DNA of 64,000 bases from a virus: positions 7,573 to 71,572 of the IMG/VR virus record IMGVR_UViG_3300010373_000042; one strand, written 5' to 3'. Below the pieces are notes generated by a model, which saw only the letters and a list, made by a program, of their open reading frames with translations, ran no database searches and was not told where the DNA came from. Positions 38,415 through 47,830 of this stretch are shown here, in pieces (within the stretch, counting starts at the first letter, position 1; the number at the start of each line of letters is the position of its first letter). Position numbers and translations under genes: made by a program.

Positions 38415-39328
38415 TGACCACCCCACCCCTTAATCTCGCGATGCTCGTAAGTCTGATCCAGACCGGCCATCTTCCGTACGTCCAGCAACACCCGCAGCGT
38501 TGCCAATCCGTCACGCGCGCTCGCTCCCGGCGTGATCTTGCCGTCGATCCGGTCGATGAACGCTTCCATCTCCGCGCGGTAATCCTTGTCGTAATCACCC
38601 GGCATGTGATTGGAGGTCGTTCCGAGCGACAGCAGACGCTTCGGCAAATCGACGCCAATATTTCGTTCCTCCCCAGCGATCCAGAACTCGCGAATTTCAT
38701 TCGGGGTGATGAAGTCGAGATGAAATCGCGACCGTGCGCCGCTGTCATGCTCCAGCACGAAGTCGGCGATTATGTCGGTCATTTCACCGAGGTTCATGCA
38801 GACGTTCGCACTGATGGCCTTCGCGGGCCCGAGCAAGTGCAGCGCTAGATCCACCTCATGCGAGCCGGTATTCAGGATCACACCGTCGCTGACGTACGGC
38901 GGTTTTGCCGTCCGGGTCGCACAGATAAACGACGCCCACAGCGGGTTCCCAATATGCCCTGCGACGATCCATTCCTTTGCCTGCTGCACGCACGGATGCA
39001 GGCGCAGATTGTTTCCCATCATAACGATCAGGTTTTTGTTGGCGGCCGATTCCAGAATCGCCGGCAGCGCTCCGACCGCGATGGAAATCGGCTTCTCGAC
39101 CATCACATGCTTTCCGCGCTCGACCGCAGCGCGGACGCCGCTTTCATGGAACGGCGACGGCGTGGCAATCACCGCGGCATCGCACCAGTCGTAAAGTTGG
39201 TGCTCAAACCTGAAGTCTGGCTTTCCGATAATGATGGGATCGTAGACCTTTACGTCATGACCGAGCTCCCGCGCATTGGCTGCATGCCGCTGCCCAATCG
39301 AGCCATGGCCGACGATGCCGATCTTCAT
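38411..39328 (-). CDS. Gfo/Idh/MocA oxidoreductase
   Basis: GIVGHGSIG, IATP..H, VEKP motifs. Confidence 0.9.
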   Translation of the reverse strand: MKIGIVGHGSIGQRHAANARELGHDVKVYDPIIIGKPDFRFEHQLYDWCDAAVIATPSPFHESGVRAAVERGKHVMVEKPISIAVGALPAILESAANKNLIVMMGNNLRLHPCVQQAKEWIVAGHIGNPLWASFICATRTAKPPYVSDGVILNTGSHEVDLALHLLGPAKAISANVCMNLGEMTDIIADFVLEHDSGARSRFHLDFITPNEIREFWIAGEERNIGVDLPKRLLSLGTTSNHMPGDYDKDYRAEMEAFIDRIDGKITPGASARDGLATLRVLLDVRKMAGLDQTYEHREIKGWGGQ

Positions 39329-39921
39329 GGCCGTACCTCGATCGCATCGGCAGGCCGTTTCTTCAGCACCGTTATCATCTCCTCGTCGCTCGGATATTGG
39401 CGTGCGACAATCACGTAGAGAGGGCTGCTCAGCCACATCTGTGCAAAATCGAAATGGTAGGCCAGTACATCGTCGCGGTGCTTATACCTGCGAGCAAAGG
39501 TGAATGGCGGCGCGAAGTCGTGAACGACAAGATGTCCGCCGGTCATCAGTACGCGATCGGTTTCCGCCGCGATCTTCAGCCAGTCGGCGGGGTCGCATAG
39601 ATACAATTCGAAGCCGTGGATCACCAGATCGAATAATCCGTCCCGCACAGGCAGTGCGTCCGCCGTCGCCTGATACGTCGGGACGCGCGCTTTCTGGCAG
39701 GCATTCATGCTCGGCTCGATGCCGATCACGTCGCAGCCGTATCGTGTTTGCAGCTTCTCCAGCCGCCATCCGTTCGCGCTGCCGATCTCCAAAACGGACG
39801 TTGGCAGCAGGCTGCAGGAATTTATCGCCTCCGAAACCGGATCGCTCTGTCCCAGGTTGTCGCGGTTGCGGCCGAACCACGCGTCGGCTTCCGACTGCAT
39901 CATGATCTCGGACTGCTTCAT
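39325..39921 (-). CDS. class I SAM methyltransferase
   Basis: EADAWF.RN, VLEIGSANG, GIEPS, FDLVI.GF.LY. Confidence 0.85.
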   Translation of the reverse strand: MKQSEIMMQSEADAWFGRNRDNLGQSDPVSEAINSCSLLPTSVLEIGSANGWRLEKLQTRYGCDVIGIEPSMNACQKARVPTYQATADALPVRDGLFDLVIHGFELYLCDPADWLKIAAETDRVLMTGGHLVVHDFAPPFTFARRYKHRDDVLAYHFDFAQMWLSSPLYVIVARQYPSDEEMITVLKKRPADAIEVRP

Positions 39922-40106
39922 TTCGCCAACTCCCCGAGCAAATCCGAAACCGCGCGGTCGTTCGCGTTGATTTCGCGCAGTACGGCGCGCGTTTCGTCCG
40001 GCGCATGCTTCAGCGCGATTTCCATCAGGCGCTTCCACGGCACGTTGTTCTTGACGCGGATGGCGAAGATTTCGTCGATGGTCTGCTGTTCGGTCACCAT
40101 GGCCAT
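39918..40106 (-). CDS. small helical hypothetical protein
   Basis: IDEIFAIRVKNNVPW..L..IALKHAP; overlaps both neighbours. Confidence 0.6.
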   Translation of the reverse strand: MAMVTEQQTIDEIFAIRVKNNVPWKRLMEIALKHAPDETRAVLREINANDRAVSDLLGELAK

Positions 40107-40549
40107 TCGAATCCAAGTATTGTTTTGAGTTTCTGACGTCCGCGCTCCTGCCAACCGGCTACCTTCACCCGCTCGACCGCGCGCTGAAAGTTTCGCTCAC
40201 GCTGCGTCATGATCTTGACCGACATGGACCATGATCGTTTGCAGGCGATGTCCGGGTCGAGGCTTTGCACATATCGGGCATTGTCCCGAAAATTGGCCTC
40301 TACGGATTTTGGCAGGCCGAATGCCTTGATGTAGTCAGCCGCTCCAATCAGCCGGCGCTCGTATGGAATTTCAGGTCCTTGCAAGGCTTGAGGTGCGCCA
40401 TAGTAGCCGCCCGGCAAGCCCATGGCAGCGTTTCCCAGCCCACTAAGGTCAACGCCAATACCCTTCGCAATCTCGGCATCAACCGTCGCCTTGGCGGCAA
40501 GCGGCGTCACACCCATAAACGCAAAGAATGATCGGCGTGATGCCTTCAC
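40094..40549 (-). CDS. hypothetical protein with twin-arginine-like N-terminus
   Basis: GGAGG RBS, GTG start, SRRSFF. Confidence 0.6.
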   Translation of the reverse strand: MKASRRSFFAFMGVTPLAAKATVDAEIAKGIGVDLSGLGNAAMGLPGGYYGAPQALQGPEIPYERRLIGAADYIKAFGLPKSVEANFRDNARYVQSLDPDIACKRSWSMSVKIMTQRERNFQRAVERVKVAGWQERGRQKLKTILGFEWPW

Positions 40550-41061
40550 CGCATCCTCCCGAACAGCACCGCTGATGTCGGCGAGCCGCCGAACAAGTGG
40601 TGGTTCAAAAGCTCGCCCTCTTGCTTGAACCCGCTGCCCCGGATGATCTTCAGCATCGCTTCGTTGCTCCGAGCGCATCCCGCCTCGAGCTTGCGAACAG
40701 CGCCGCAATCCTTGTCGAGCAGCCAGTCGCATGCATGTTTCCATGCCTCGCTGGCGAATCCCTGGCCCCAGTATTTGGTCTCGCCGATCATGATGCCGAC
40801 GTCCGACACGTTGTTCGGTTCGTCGTGTCGCGCGCTGAGATTGCCGATGTGCTCGCCGGTTTCCGCCAGCACGATCGCCCAAAGATGCGAATTGCCGGTG
40901 AACGAGCCGACATACCGAAGCTGCGACGATAGCGTGTGTTCGCGATGCCGCTGCTGCGACCACTTCACGACGTCCGGATCACGCAGCCATCCGAGATTTC
41001 GCTGCGTGGCTTTGACGAGCGGGCGGAGGGTGAGGCGGGAGGTTGAAAGTGATGGCGTCAT
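40546..41061 (-). CDS. RimJ/RimL-type GNAT acetyltransferase
   Basis: TSRLTLRP, HIGN, GIMIGE..YWGQGFASEA, N.AM. Confidence 0.88.
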   Translation of the reverse strand: MTPSLSTSRLTLRPLVKATQRNLGWLRDPDVVKWSQQRHREHTLSSQLRYVGSFTGNSHLWAIVLAETGEHIGNLSARHDEPNNVSDVGIMIGETKYWGQGFASEAWKHACDWLLDKDCGAVRKLEAGCARSNEAMLKIIRGSGFKQEGELLNHHLFGGSPTSAVLFGRMR

Positions 41062-41225
41062 GCGTCGTGAATCTTGTGCGCCAGCGTCTGGACGCGATCC
41101 CAGCGCCAGCGGATAAAAATGCGCAGCGCCTGCGGGTCAATCGTGACGCCGAGGTCCTTCTTGAAGGCCTCGGCGAGGATGATCTCGGGCGCGCGGGTGT
41201 CATCGGACGAGTCGGGGACATTCAT
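41058..41225 (-). CDS. hypothetical small protein
   Basis: Not in ORF track; MNVPDSSDD...HKIHDA, overlaps next start. Confidence 0.5.
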   Translation of the reverse strand: MNVPDSSDDTRAPEIILAEAFKKDLGVTIDPQALRIFIRWRWDRVQTLAHKIHDA

Positions 41226-41226
41226 G

Positions 41227-41388
41227 TCAGGCCCTCATGCGTTCAAGCAGGTGATCGATCAGCTTGACCTGCACCTCGGCCGTCTCGCGGATGTCGGACG
41301 CGCCGGCACCCCAGTCGCCGACCTTGCGCAGGCGTTCGAGGCGTTCGACGGCGGTTTTGCGGAGGTCCAGCATTTCCTTCCTATCCAT
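41227..41388 (-). CDS. hypothetical small protein
   Basis: MDRKEMLDL..., GGAGG RBS. Confidence 0.5.
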   Translation of the reverse strand: MDRKEMLDLRKTAVERLERLRKVGDWGAGASDIRETAEVQVKLIDHLLERMRA

Positions 41389-41924
41389 TAAATGTGCCTC
41401 CAAGTTTTGCCATTGATCGCGCGCCAGACGGCGCCTGTGGTGCAACCGAAGTTGTTGGCCCATTCCTTGATTTGCCCGCGCCGGTGAACGTACTCACGAC
41501 GCATTCGTATGACGTCTTGTTCGGTAAGGATCGCGGAATACTGCCTCGATCCGCGACAGTCTGTGCCATGCAAAATCCGGTGCGACTGGTTTTCCGTCGG
41601 GGACGCCCATTTCAGGTTTTCAGCGCGGCAATCGGCCCGGTCACCGTTCAAATGGGCGCATTCAAAGCCATCGGGTTTTGGGCCATTGAAAGTCTCGCAA
41701 ACGATGCAGTGCACCCTGAAAGTAATTTCAGTTTTGCGCTTCCTATCGGGCCCAGGAAGGTCGATAACGGGATATCCGTCGTGAAGTCGCATTGCCCTGA
41801 TAAGAGGTGTAGCCCGTTCACGATCATACCGGCCTGCGCGTAGGCGCAGGCTACGGATTCTTCCGATATTTGAGACCTCGTACAATCCCTCGTAGCCGGC
41901 GATCGGTCGCCACTCCTCGGTCAT
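41388..41924 (-). CDS. NUMOD4-HNH homing endonuclease
   Basis: EEWRPIAGYEGLYEVSNIGRIRS...VH..V..F...HLNG..NLKW. Confidence 0.9.
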   Translation of the reverse strand: MTEEWRPIAGYEGLYEVSNIGRIRSLRLRAGRYDRERATPLIRAMRLHDGYPVIDLPGPDRKRKTEITFRVHCIVCETFNGPKPDGFECAHLNGDRADCRAENLKWASPTENQSHRILHGTDCRGSRQYSAILTEQDVIRMRREYVHRRGQIKEWANNFGCTTGAVWRAINGKTWRHI

Positions 41925-42088
41925 GTCGTACTCCTCGCGGTGACGAAGTCCTGAAGCGCGTTGCCGAGGAAGACGGCCAGCGACCGCCGTTCCTGCGAGG
42001 CCAGCGCGCACAGACGGTCCTTCAACTCAGCGGTCATGCGAATTTTCGCGGTCCAATGATATTCGCCGGGGGAAAGTCGGTCGCTCAT
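41921..42088 (-). CDS. Arc/ribbon-helix-helix regulator
   Basis: IRMTAELKDRL..LA.QERRSL; first gene of the minus-strand operon. Confidence 0.65.
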   Translation of the reverse strand: MSDRLSPGEYHWTAKIRMTAELKDRLCALASQERRSLAVFLGNALQDFVTARSTT

Positions 42089-42143
42089 GGCGACGTGATG
42101 TAACAAAGCGTACCTGCGTTGGCAACGAAGAAATGGGGAAGAG

Positions 42144-42172
42144 TTCACAAATACGTGGATAACGCCTATGTT
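42144..42172 (+). promoter_or_regulatory. candidate leaderless promoter for terL
   Basis: TTCACA-17bp-TATGTT ending 8 nt before ATG; no SD. Confidence 0.45.
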
Positions 42173-42180
42173 GCGCGCCG

Positions 42181-43842
42181 ATGACCCTTTCCCGCACCGC
42201 GCTCGTCACGCTCGCCGGCGCTGCCCGACGCCTCAAGGAAATCGAGGAGGCAAAACGGCTGGAGGACTCGTTTTACGAGTTCGTCAAAGCCGCATGGCCA
42301 CATTTCGACCCGTCGGACTTCGTCGGGAACTGGCATCTCCAGCAGATGTGCGACCATCTGGAGGCGGTGGCGCGCGGCTATATTAGCCGGCTCCTGATCA
42401 ACGTGCCGCCGCGCACCGGCAAGACCAACATCGCCTCAATCTGCTTCGTGCCGTGGGTGTGGGCCCAGCGCGAAAAAGGCCCGCTAATGGGGCCGCAAGC
42501 CTCGTTTTTCTATGCGTCTTATGCCGAACAACTGGCCTTGGAGCATTCGCTGAAGGCCCGTCGGCTGATCGAATCGCCGTGGTATCAGCGGATGTGGGGA
42601 GGGCGCTACAAGCTGGTGTCCGACCGCAACAAGGTCTCGCATTTCGAGAACAACAAGGGCGGCTACCGGCTGGCGTCGTCGGTGGACGCCCGAAGCACGG
42701 GCTGGGGCGCGTCCGCGATCTTCGCCGACGACCCTCATCTGGTGAAAGAGGCCGAATCGGACGTCGTCCGCGAGGGCGTCGTGCGGTGGTGGATGGAAAG
42801 CATGCCGTCCCGCCTCAACGATCGCCGGACCGGTGCCATGGTCATCATCATGCAGCGCGTGCACGAGGGCGACGTCGCCGGCCACGTGCTGGCCAGCGAT
42901 CTCGGCTACGTCCATTTCTGCGTGCCGATGTGCTACGTGCCATGCCAGCACGTCAATGCGTGGGTTGGCGAGCAAATTCAAACGTTTATCGGGGAGGATA
43001 TCGACGATATCGAGGAGGACGACATCTTCTGGGTCGATCCCCGGACCGAGGAGGGCGACCTGCTTTGGCCAGAGCGCTATCCGGCCACCGAAGTCGTCAA
43101 GCTGGAAAAGGAACTCGGGCCCTACGGATTCGCCGGCCAATACCAGCAGGACCCGGCGCCGCGCGGCGGCGGCATCATCCGGCGCGAGTGGTGGCAGCCG
43201 TGGGACAAGGAAACCGCCGAGAAGAATGGCTGCGTCCCGGAAAAATACCCCGGTTTCGAATACATCCTCGCCGCGCTGGACGGCGCGCTGACCGAAAAAG
43301 AGGAAAATGACCCGTCGGCGCTGTCGATCTGGGGCATTTTCCGCGATCCGAACGGCAACCCGAACATCTTCCTGATGTATTGCTGGGCCGAGAAGTACCA
43401 GATCCACGATCTCGCCAAGCGCGTCGGCGAAGATTGCCGGCAATTCAAGGTCGACCGGCTGCTGATCGAAAACAAGGCGTCCGGCCACTCGGTGAGCCAG
43501 GAACTGGCCCGGCTGTTCGGCTCATACGAATTCGGCATCGAACTGATCGATCCCCGGACCGGCTTTATCAAATCGCCCGACAAGGTGGCCCGGCTACAAA
43601 GCATCGTGCACTTATTCAGCGAAGGCATGGTCTACGCGCCTGACAAGACGTGGGCCGACGATATGATCAAGCAATGCGCAACGGTGCCGAGAGCGATCCA
43701 TGACGACCTCGCCGACACCTGCAGCATGGCGCTTTTGTACCTCCGCCGCGCCAACCTGATTGTGCGTCGCGAGGAGCGCGAGGTCGAACTGGAGGATGAG
43801 ACCCGCTACCGACCCCGGACCGGCGCATTGTATCCGGCCTGA
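42181..43842 (+). CDS. terL: terminase large subunit
   Basis: INVPPRTGKT Walker A, FADDPH, IMQRVHEGD, QYQQ.P, IENKASG, HDDLAD. Confidence 0.95.
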   Translation: MTLSRTALVTLAGAARRLKEIEEAKRLEDSFYEFVKAAWPHFDPSDFVGNWHLQQMCDHLEAVARGYISRLLINVPPRTGKTNIASICFVPWVWAQREKGPLMGPQASFFYASYAEQLALEHSLKARRLIESPWYQRMWGGRYKLVSDRNKVSHFENNKGGYRLASSVDARSTGWGASAIFADDPHLVKEAESDVVREGVVRWWMESMPSRLNDRRTGAMVIIMQRVHEGDVAGHVLASDLGYVHFCVPMCYVPCQHVNAWVGEQIQTFIGEDIDDIEEDDIFWVDPRTEEGDLLWPERYPATEVVKLEKELGPYGFAGQYQQDPAPRGGGIIRREWWQPWDKETAEKNGCVPEKYPGFEYILAALDGALTEKEENDPSALSIWGIFRDPNGNPNIFLMYCWAEKYQIHDLAKRVGEDCRQFKVDRLLIENKASGHSVSQELARLFGSYEFGIELIDPRTGFIKSPDKVARLQSIVHLFSEGMVYAPDKTWADDMIKQCATVPRAIHDDLADTCSMALLYLRRANLIVRREEREVELEDETRYRPRTGALYPA

Positions 43843-43886
43843 TTAGATGATAATTGTGACCGCAAGTTCATTTTTTAAGGGCCACT

Positions 43887-46433
43887 ATGGCCGCACCCAC
43901 GACCCTTCGCCTGGTTGATCCGGAACAGCCGCAGGAGCAACTTGCCCCGGCGACGTTCGACCTTGGCGAGGGCGATACCGGTGTCACCATCGACGAAAAC
44001 GGCATCGCCCGGATCGAACATCCCGATGGTTCGGTGACGTTTGACGAACATCCGGCCCGCGACAAGCCGGAAAGCGACGACAAGAACTTCTACCGCAACC
44101 TCGCCGACGATATAAACGCCGACGATCTCGGCATGATCGCGTCCGATTTGCTCACTGGGATCGATCTCGACGACCAGTCGCGCAAGGACTGGCTACAGGC
44201 GCGCGCCGCGTTCATTCGGCTATTGGGACTCAAGCTGGAAGAGCCGCGCGGCGACACCGGTTCGGCCTCGGCCCCGCTGGAAGGGATGTCGTCGATCCGG
44301 CATCCGCTGATGCTCGAGGCCACGATCCATTTTCAGGCCAACGCGCTCGGCGAACTGTTGCCGGCGGCCGGTCCCGTCAAGGTTCGCAACGACCTTCCGA
44401 TGCGGCCCGATGCGCCAGCGCTGCCGGCACCCGCCGCACAACCGCCCACCGCCCCGCCTAATATCGCAGGGGCTGCTGCCCCGCCGATGCCCGGGCCACC
44501 CCCGGGCATGCCGCCAGCGGCCGCCGCGCCGGGTATCGGCCACAACGGGCCGCCCGAAGGGCAGGCGATGGACGATTTGGGCTCCGCGCTCGAAAAGGAC
44601 ATGAATCATTACCTGACGGTGACGGCGACGGAATATTATCCCGACACCGACCGCATGATGTTTTACGTCGGTTTCGGCGGCGATGGCTTCAAGAAGGTCT
44701 ACAATTGCCCGCTTCGCCGCCGCCCGGTCTCGGAATCGGTCGACGCCGAGGACATCATCGTCTCGGATTCGGCGACCGACATCCGCAACTGCGGCCGCGT
44801 CACCCACCGGATCAAGATGCGCCCGTCGGTGCTGAAACGGATGCAGATCGTCGGCGCCTACCGCGACGTGCCGGTGGGCCAGCCCAATATCGCACAGACG
44901 TTGACCGCGCCGGAACAGGAGAAGGCCGAGATCGGTGGCTACCGTCCGCAGCCGATGCAGCCGAAAGACGGCAAGTTCGAGGTCTACGAGTGCTACTGCG
45001 AACTCGACCTCGACCAGTTCGCGCCGGAGCAGTTCAAGGGCAAAGGCCTGCCGCTGCCCTACGTCGTCACGCTGGAAAAGGACAGCCGCCAGGTTCTCGC
45101 CGTCACCCGCAACTGGGATGAGGAAGACGAGCAGGCGCTGGCCAAGCAGTTCTTCGTCCAGTTCCCGTTCATCCGCGGTCTTGGCTTCTACGGTCTCGGG
45201 CTAGGCCACATCCTCGGCAATGTCACGATGGCGCTGACCGCGATCTGGCGCATCATGATCGACAACGGGATGTTCTCCAATTTCCCGGGCTTCCTGATTT
45301 CCAAGGGAGCGACGCGGCAGAACACCAACAACATGAGGGTGCCGGCTGGGTCGGGCTATCCGATCGACCTGCCGCCGGGCATGAAGATGGGCGATGCGGT
45401 GATGCCGCTGCCTTATAAGGAAACCGGGGCTTCGTTCACCGCGCTTGGCGTGCACATCGAGGAAGTCGGTCAGCGCCTCGGCCAGACCGCCGAATTGAAT
45501 ATCGGCGAGGGCAAGCAGGACGTTCCGGTCGGCACCACCATGGCCCTGATCGAGCAGGCCACCAAGATCATGGACTCCGTGCACAAGCGGCTGCACGCCG
45601 CGCAAGCGCAGGAATTCCAGTTGCTGAAAGAGCGCTTTCGCGAGGACCCGGAGGCATTCTGGCGCCACAACAAGCGGCCGGCGCGGGAATGGACCATCGA
45701 GCAATTCAAACAGGCGCTGGAGCAGCGCGAGCTCGTGCCGGTCGCCGATCCGAACAATCCGACCAGCCTGCACCGCATCGCGAAGGCCACGATCATCGAC
45801 ACGCTAGTCACCAAATATCCGCAGGACATGGACAAGCGCGCCGCGCTGAAGCGGATCATGCGGATCGCCGACATCGACAGCGAAGGCCTGATGCTGGGCC
45901 AGACCGCGCCGCCACCGCCCGACCCGCGCATGTTCGCGATCCAGTCCAAGGCGCAGGCGGAAGCGATGAGCGCGCAGATCGACAAGGCCAAACTTTTGCT
46001 ACAGCAGCAGAACCAGCAGGCCAGTTTCGCCGACAAGGCCGCCGAGCGCGCCTTCAAGGAGCGCATGCAGCAGTTCGAAATGTACCTCGAACAGTTGCGG
46101 GTGCAGGCCGAGGCGATCATTCACGCCCACGACATCCAGCGCGACAACATGAAGGCGCAGTCGGAGGTGGCAACCAATCACGTCCAAGCCCTGCACGGCA
46201 TGGCGATGGACGAGGCCAGCGGGCAGGCGGAACTGGCGCGCGGCGGTCAGGTGCATACTCACGAAATCATCAAGCAGCACGAGCGGAATCAGCAGGAACT
46301 CGCCGCGCAACGCGAGCGCCACGAGCAGCAACTGCGGCAGAACGACGAGACGCACGAGCAGAAGCTGGAACAGATCAGACAGCAGGCGGCGGCAAAGCCG
46401 AAGATCAAGTCGAAACCGAGCGGAGAAAAATAG
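43887..46433 (+). CDS. portal protein
   Basis: FYRNLA, SRKDW, HPLM.EA..FQA, FKKVY, GFYGLG, PVGTTMALIE. Confidence 0.9.
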   Translation: MAAPTTLRLVDPEQPQEQLAPATFDLGEGDTGVTIDENGIARIEHPDGSVTFDEHPARDKPESDDKNFYRNLADDINADDLGMIASDLLTGIDLDDQSRKDWLQARAAFIRLLGLKLEEPRGDTGSASAPLEGMSSIRHPLMLEATIHFQANALGELLPAAGPVKVRNDLPMRPDAPALPAPAAQPPTAPPNIAGAAAPPMPGPPPGMPPAAAAPGIGHNGPPEGQAMDDLGSALEKDMNHYLTVTATEYYPDTDRMMFYVGFGGDGFKKVYNCPLRRRPVSESVDAEDIIVSDSATDIRNCGRVTHRIKMRPSVLKRMQIVGAYRDVPVGQPNIAQTLTAPEQEKAEIGGYRPQPMQPKDGKFEVYECYCELDLDQFAPEQFKGKGLPLPYVVTLEKDSRQVLAVTRNWDEEDEQALAKQFFVQFPFIRGLGFYGLGLGHILGNVTMALTAIWRIMIDNGMFSNFPGFLISKGATRQNTNNMRVPAGSGYPIDLPPGMKMGDAVMPLPYKETGASFTALGVHIEEVGQRLGQTAELNIGEGKQDVPVGTTMALIEQATKIMDSVHKRLHAAQAQEFQLLKERFREDPEAFWRHNKRPAREWTIEQFKQALEQRELVPVADPNNPTSLHRIAKATIIDTLVTKYPQDMDKRAALKRIMRIADIDSEGLMLGQTAPPPPDPRMFAIQSKAQAEAMSAQIDKAKLLLQQQNQQASFADKAAERAFKERMQQFEMYLEQLRVQAEAIIHAHDIQRDNMKAQSEVATNHVQALHGMAMDEASGQAELARGGQVHTHEIIKQHERNQQELAAQRERHEQQLRQNDETHEQKLEQIRQQAAAKPKIKSKPSGEK

Positions 46434-46652
46434 ATGGCGCACCCACACAGCGACGATATCCGCCGCAGTCACGGCGACAAGCTCGACGATATGACCGGCG
46501 CGCGCGGCGAGCACCCGATGGACCGGGCGTCACGCATCGCCGGCGTCAAGCCGGGTCAGCCGGCGCAAGGCGATGCGGCGCAGGGTCCGGAAGAACAGTG
46601 GACCGCCGCGCCGGCGCGACAGATTTCGAACCTCGGCAACATCAGGAAATAG
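46434..46652 (+). CDS. hypothetical head-module protein
   Basis: GGAG RBS; abuts portal stop. Confidence 0.55.
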   Translation: MAHPHSDDIRRSHGDKLDDMTGARGEHPMDRASRIAGVKPGQPAQGDAAQGPEEQWTAAPARQISNLGNIRK

Positions 46653-46654
46653 CC

Positions 46655-47221
46655 ATGGCACACAGTCATCACATGCACCGCGAGCATCAGGTTTCCCATC
46701 GCCGGGTTGATCATATCCTGAAGGACGAGCCGGAAGGTGCGAAGAAGCACTCGAAAAGCCACGCCTTCAGCAAGGTCACCAGCAAGACGGCTGCCGAGCA
46801 TCACGACGCCAAGGTCGCGGGCAAGAAGGGGCCGAAACGCTACGCCCGTGGCGGCAAGGTCAAGCACGGTCATCAGACCAACATCGCGATCGTCGTTCCG
46901 CATCGCCCGGGCGCTGCATCCTCACCCATGGGCACTCCCCCCATGGCCGGGCCAACTGCCGGACCGCCTGTTCCCATGGGCGGTCCGGCTCCTTCTCCGA
47001 TGGGTGCCCCGCCTCCCGGCATGCCGACGGGAATGCCGATGCGCAAACACGGCGGACGGATCGCGAAGAAAAGCGGGGGATCGATCGACGGCGAGTCCAC
47101 CATCGCCGAAGACAAGAAGTGGAGCAAGCGCGCCGAGAAGAACAGCTATTTCCGTGGCGGCGCGGCCTCGGGTGTCGGCCGTGAGGAAAAGGCCGAGCAC
47201 ATGAAGCGCAAGGGAAAATGA
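46655..47221 (+). CDS. basic His/Lys-rich head protein with xxxGG motifs
   Basis: YARGG, RKHGG, KKSGG, YFRGG; Pro/Met-rich linker. Confidence 0.6.
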   Translation: MAHSHHMHREHQVSHRRVDHILKDEPEGAKKHSKSHAFSKVTSKTAAEHHDAKVAGKKGPKRYARGGKVKHGHQTNIAIVVPHRPGAASSPMGTPPMAGPTAGPPVPMGGPAPSPMGAPPPGMPTGMPMRKHGGRIAKKSGGSIDGESTIAEDKKWSKRAEKNSYFRGGAASGVGREEKAEHMKRKGK

Positions 47222-47433
47222 CGGCGATCAAAAGCCAGCATTCGCGAACGTTCGAGCAGCTTGCCGGCGAACACCGAAAGGCGCTGATCGAATCACTGTC
47301 GGCCGGCGTCCCAGAGGACTATCCGGCCTACCGACAATTGGTTGGACGAATCCAGGGCATCGACGATGCGCTGAAAATGTCCGGCGAAGCAGATTTCAAA
47401 CTCAGTGGAGACGAACCTAATGAGCGTGCATAG
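47218..47433 (+). CDS. hypothetical protein
   Basis: YRQLVGRIQGI motif; common upstream of phage GroES-like genes. Confidence 0.6.
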   Translation: MTAIKSQHSRTFEQLAGEHRKALIESLSAGVPEDYPAYRQLVGRIQGIDDALKMSGEADFKLSGDEPNERA

Positions 47434-47830
47434 CGCACCGAAGATCGAACAAATCAGCCGGGCTGTGGATCCCAAGCAGGGGATCATCAAGGCCGTCGGC
47501 GATCTAAGCGGCATCGGCGTTTTCAGCGATCTCGTATTGCTGGGGACCTTCATCCGCAACGAAAAGACCGCCGGCAACATCATTCTGCCGAAGGAATATC
47601 TGCAGGAAGACGAGCATCAGGGAAAAGTCGGGTTAGTCCTGAAGTCCGGACCGCTCGCCTACGCGGATTGGGAGGAAGGCGACGAGGTCGGCAAGAATGC
47701 GCAGCCGCATACCTGGGTCGTCTATGCGATCAAGGATAGCTGGCCCGTGCAGATCAACGGCGTCGCTTGCCGCTTCATTCCCTATGACAAGCTGCGGGCC
47801 CGCGTAACCGATCCCAAGATGGTGTTCTGA
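47420..47830 (+). CDS. GroES-like co-chaperonin
   Basis: EKTAGNIILP...KVGLVLKSGPLAY...WVVY...ING..CR. Confidence 0.75.
   Translation: MSVHSAPKIEQISRAVDPKQGIIKAVGDLSGIGVFSDLVLLGTFIRNEKTAGNIILPKEYLQEDEHQGKVGLVLKSGPLAYADWEEGDEVGKNAQPHTWVVYAIKDSWPVQINGVACRFIPYDKLRARVTDPKMVF

Noticed and set aside
30639-42088. Sugar operon as host DNA between two separate prophages
   Set aside because: It contains phage-type genes (NUMOD4-HNH, PNK-like phosphatase, micro-ORFs), and the flanks hold complementary, non-redundant modules of a single phage; not excluded without reads
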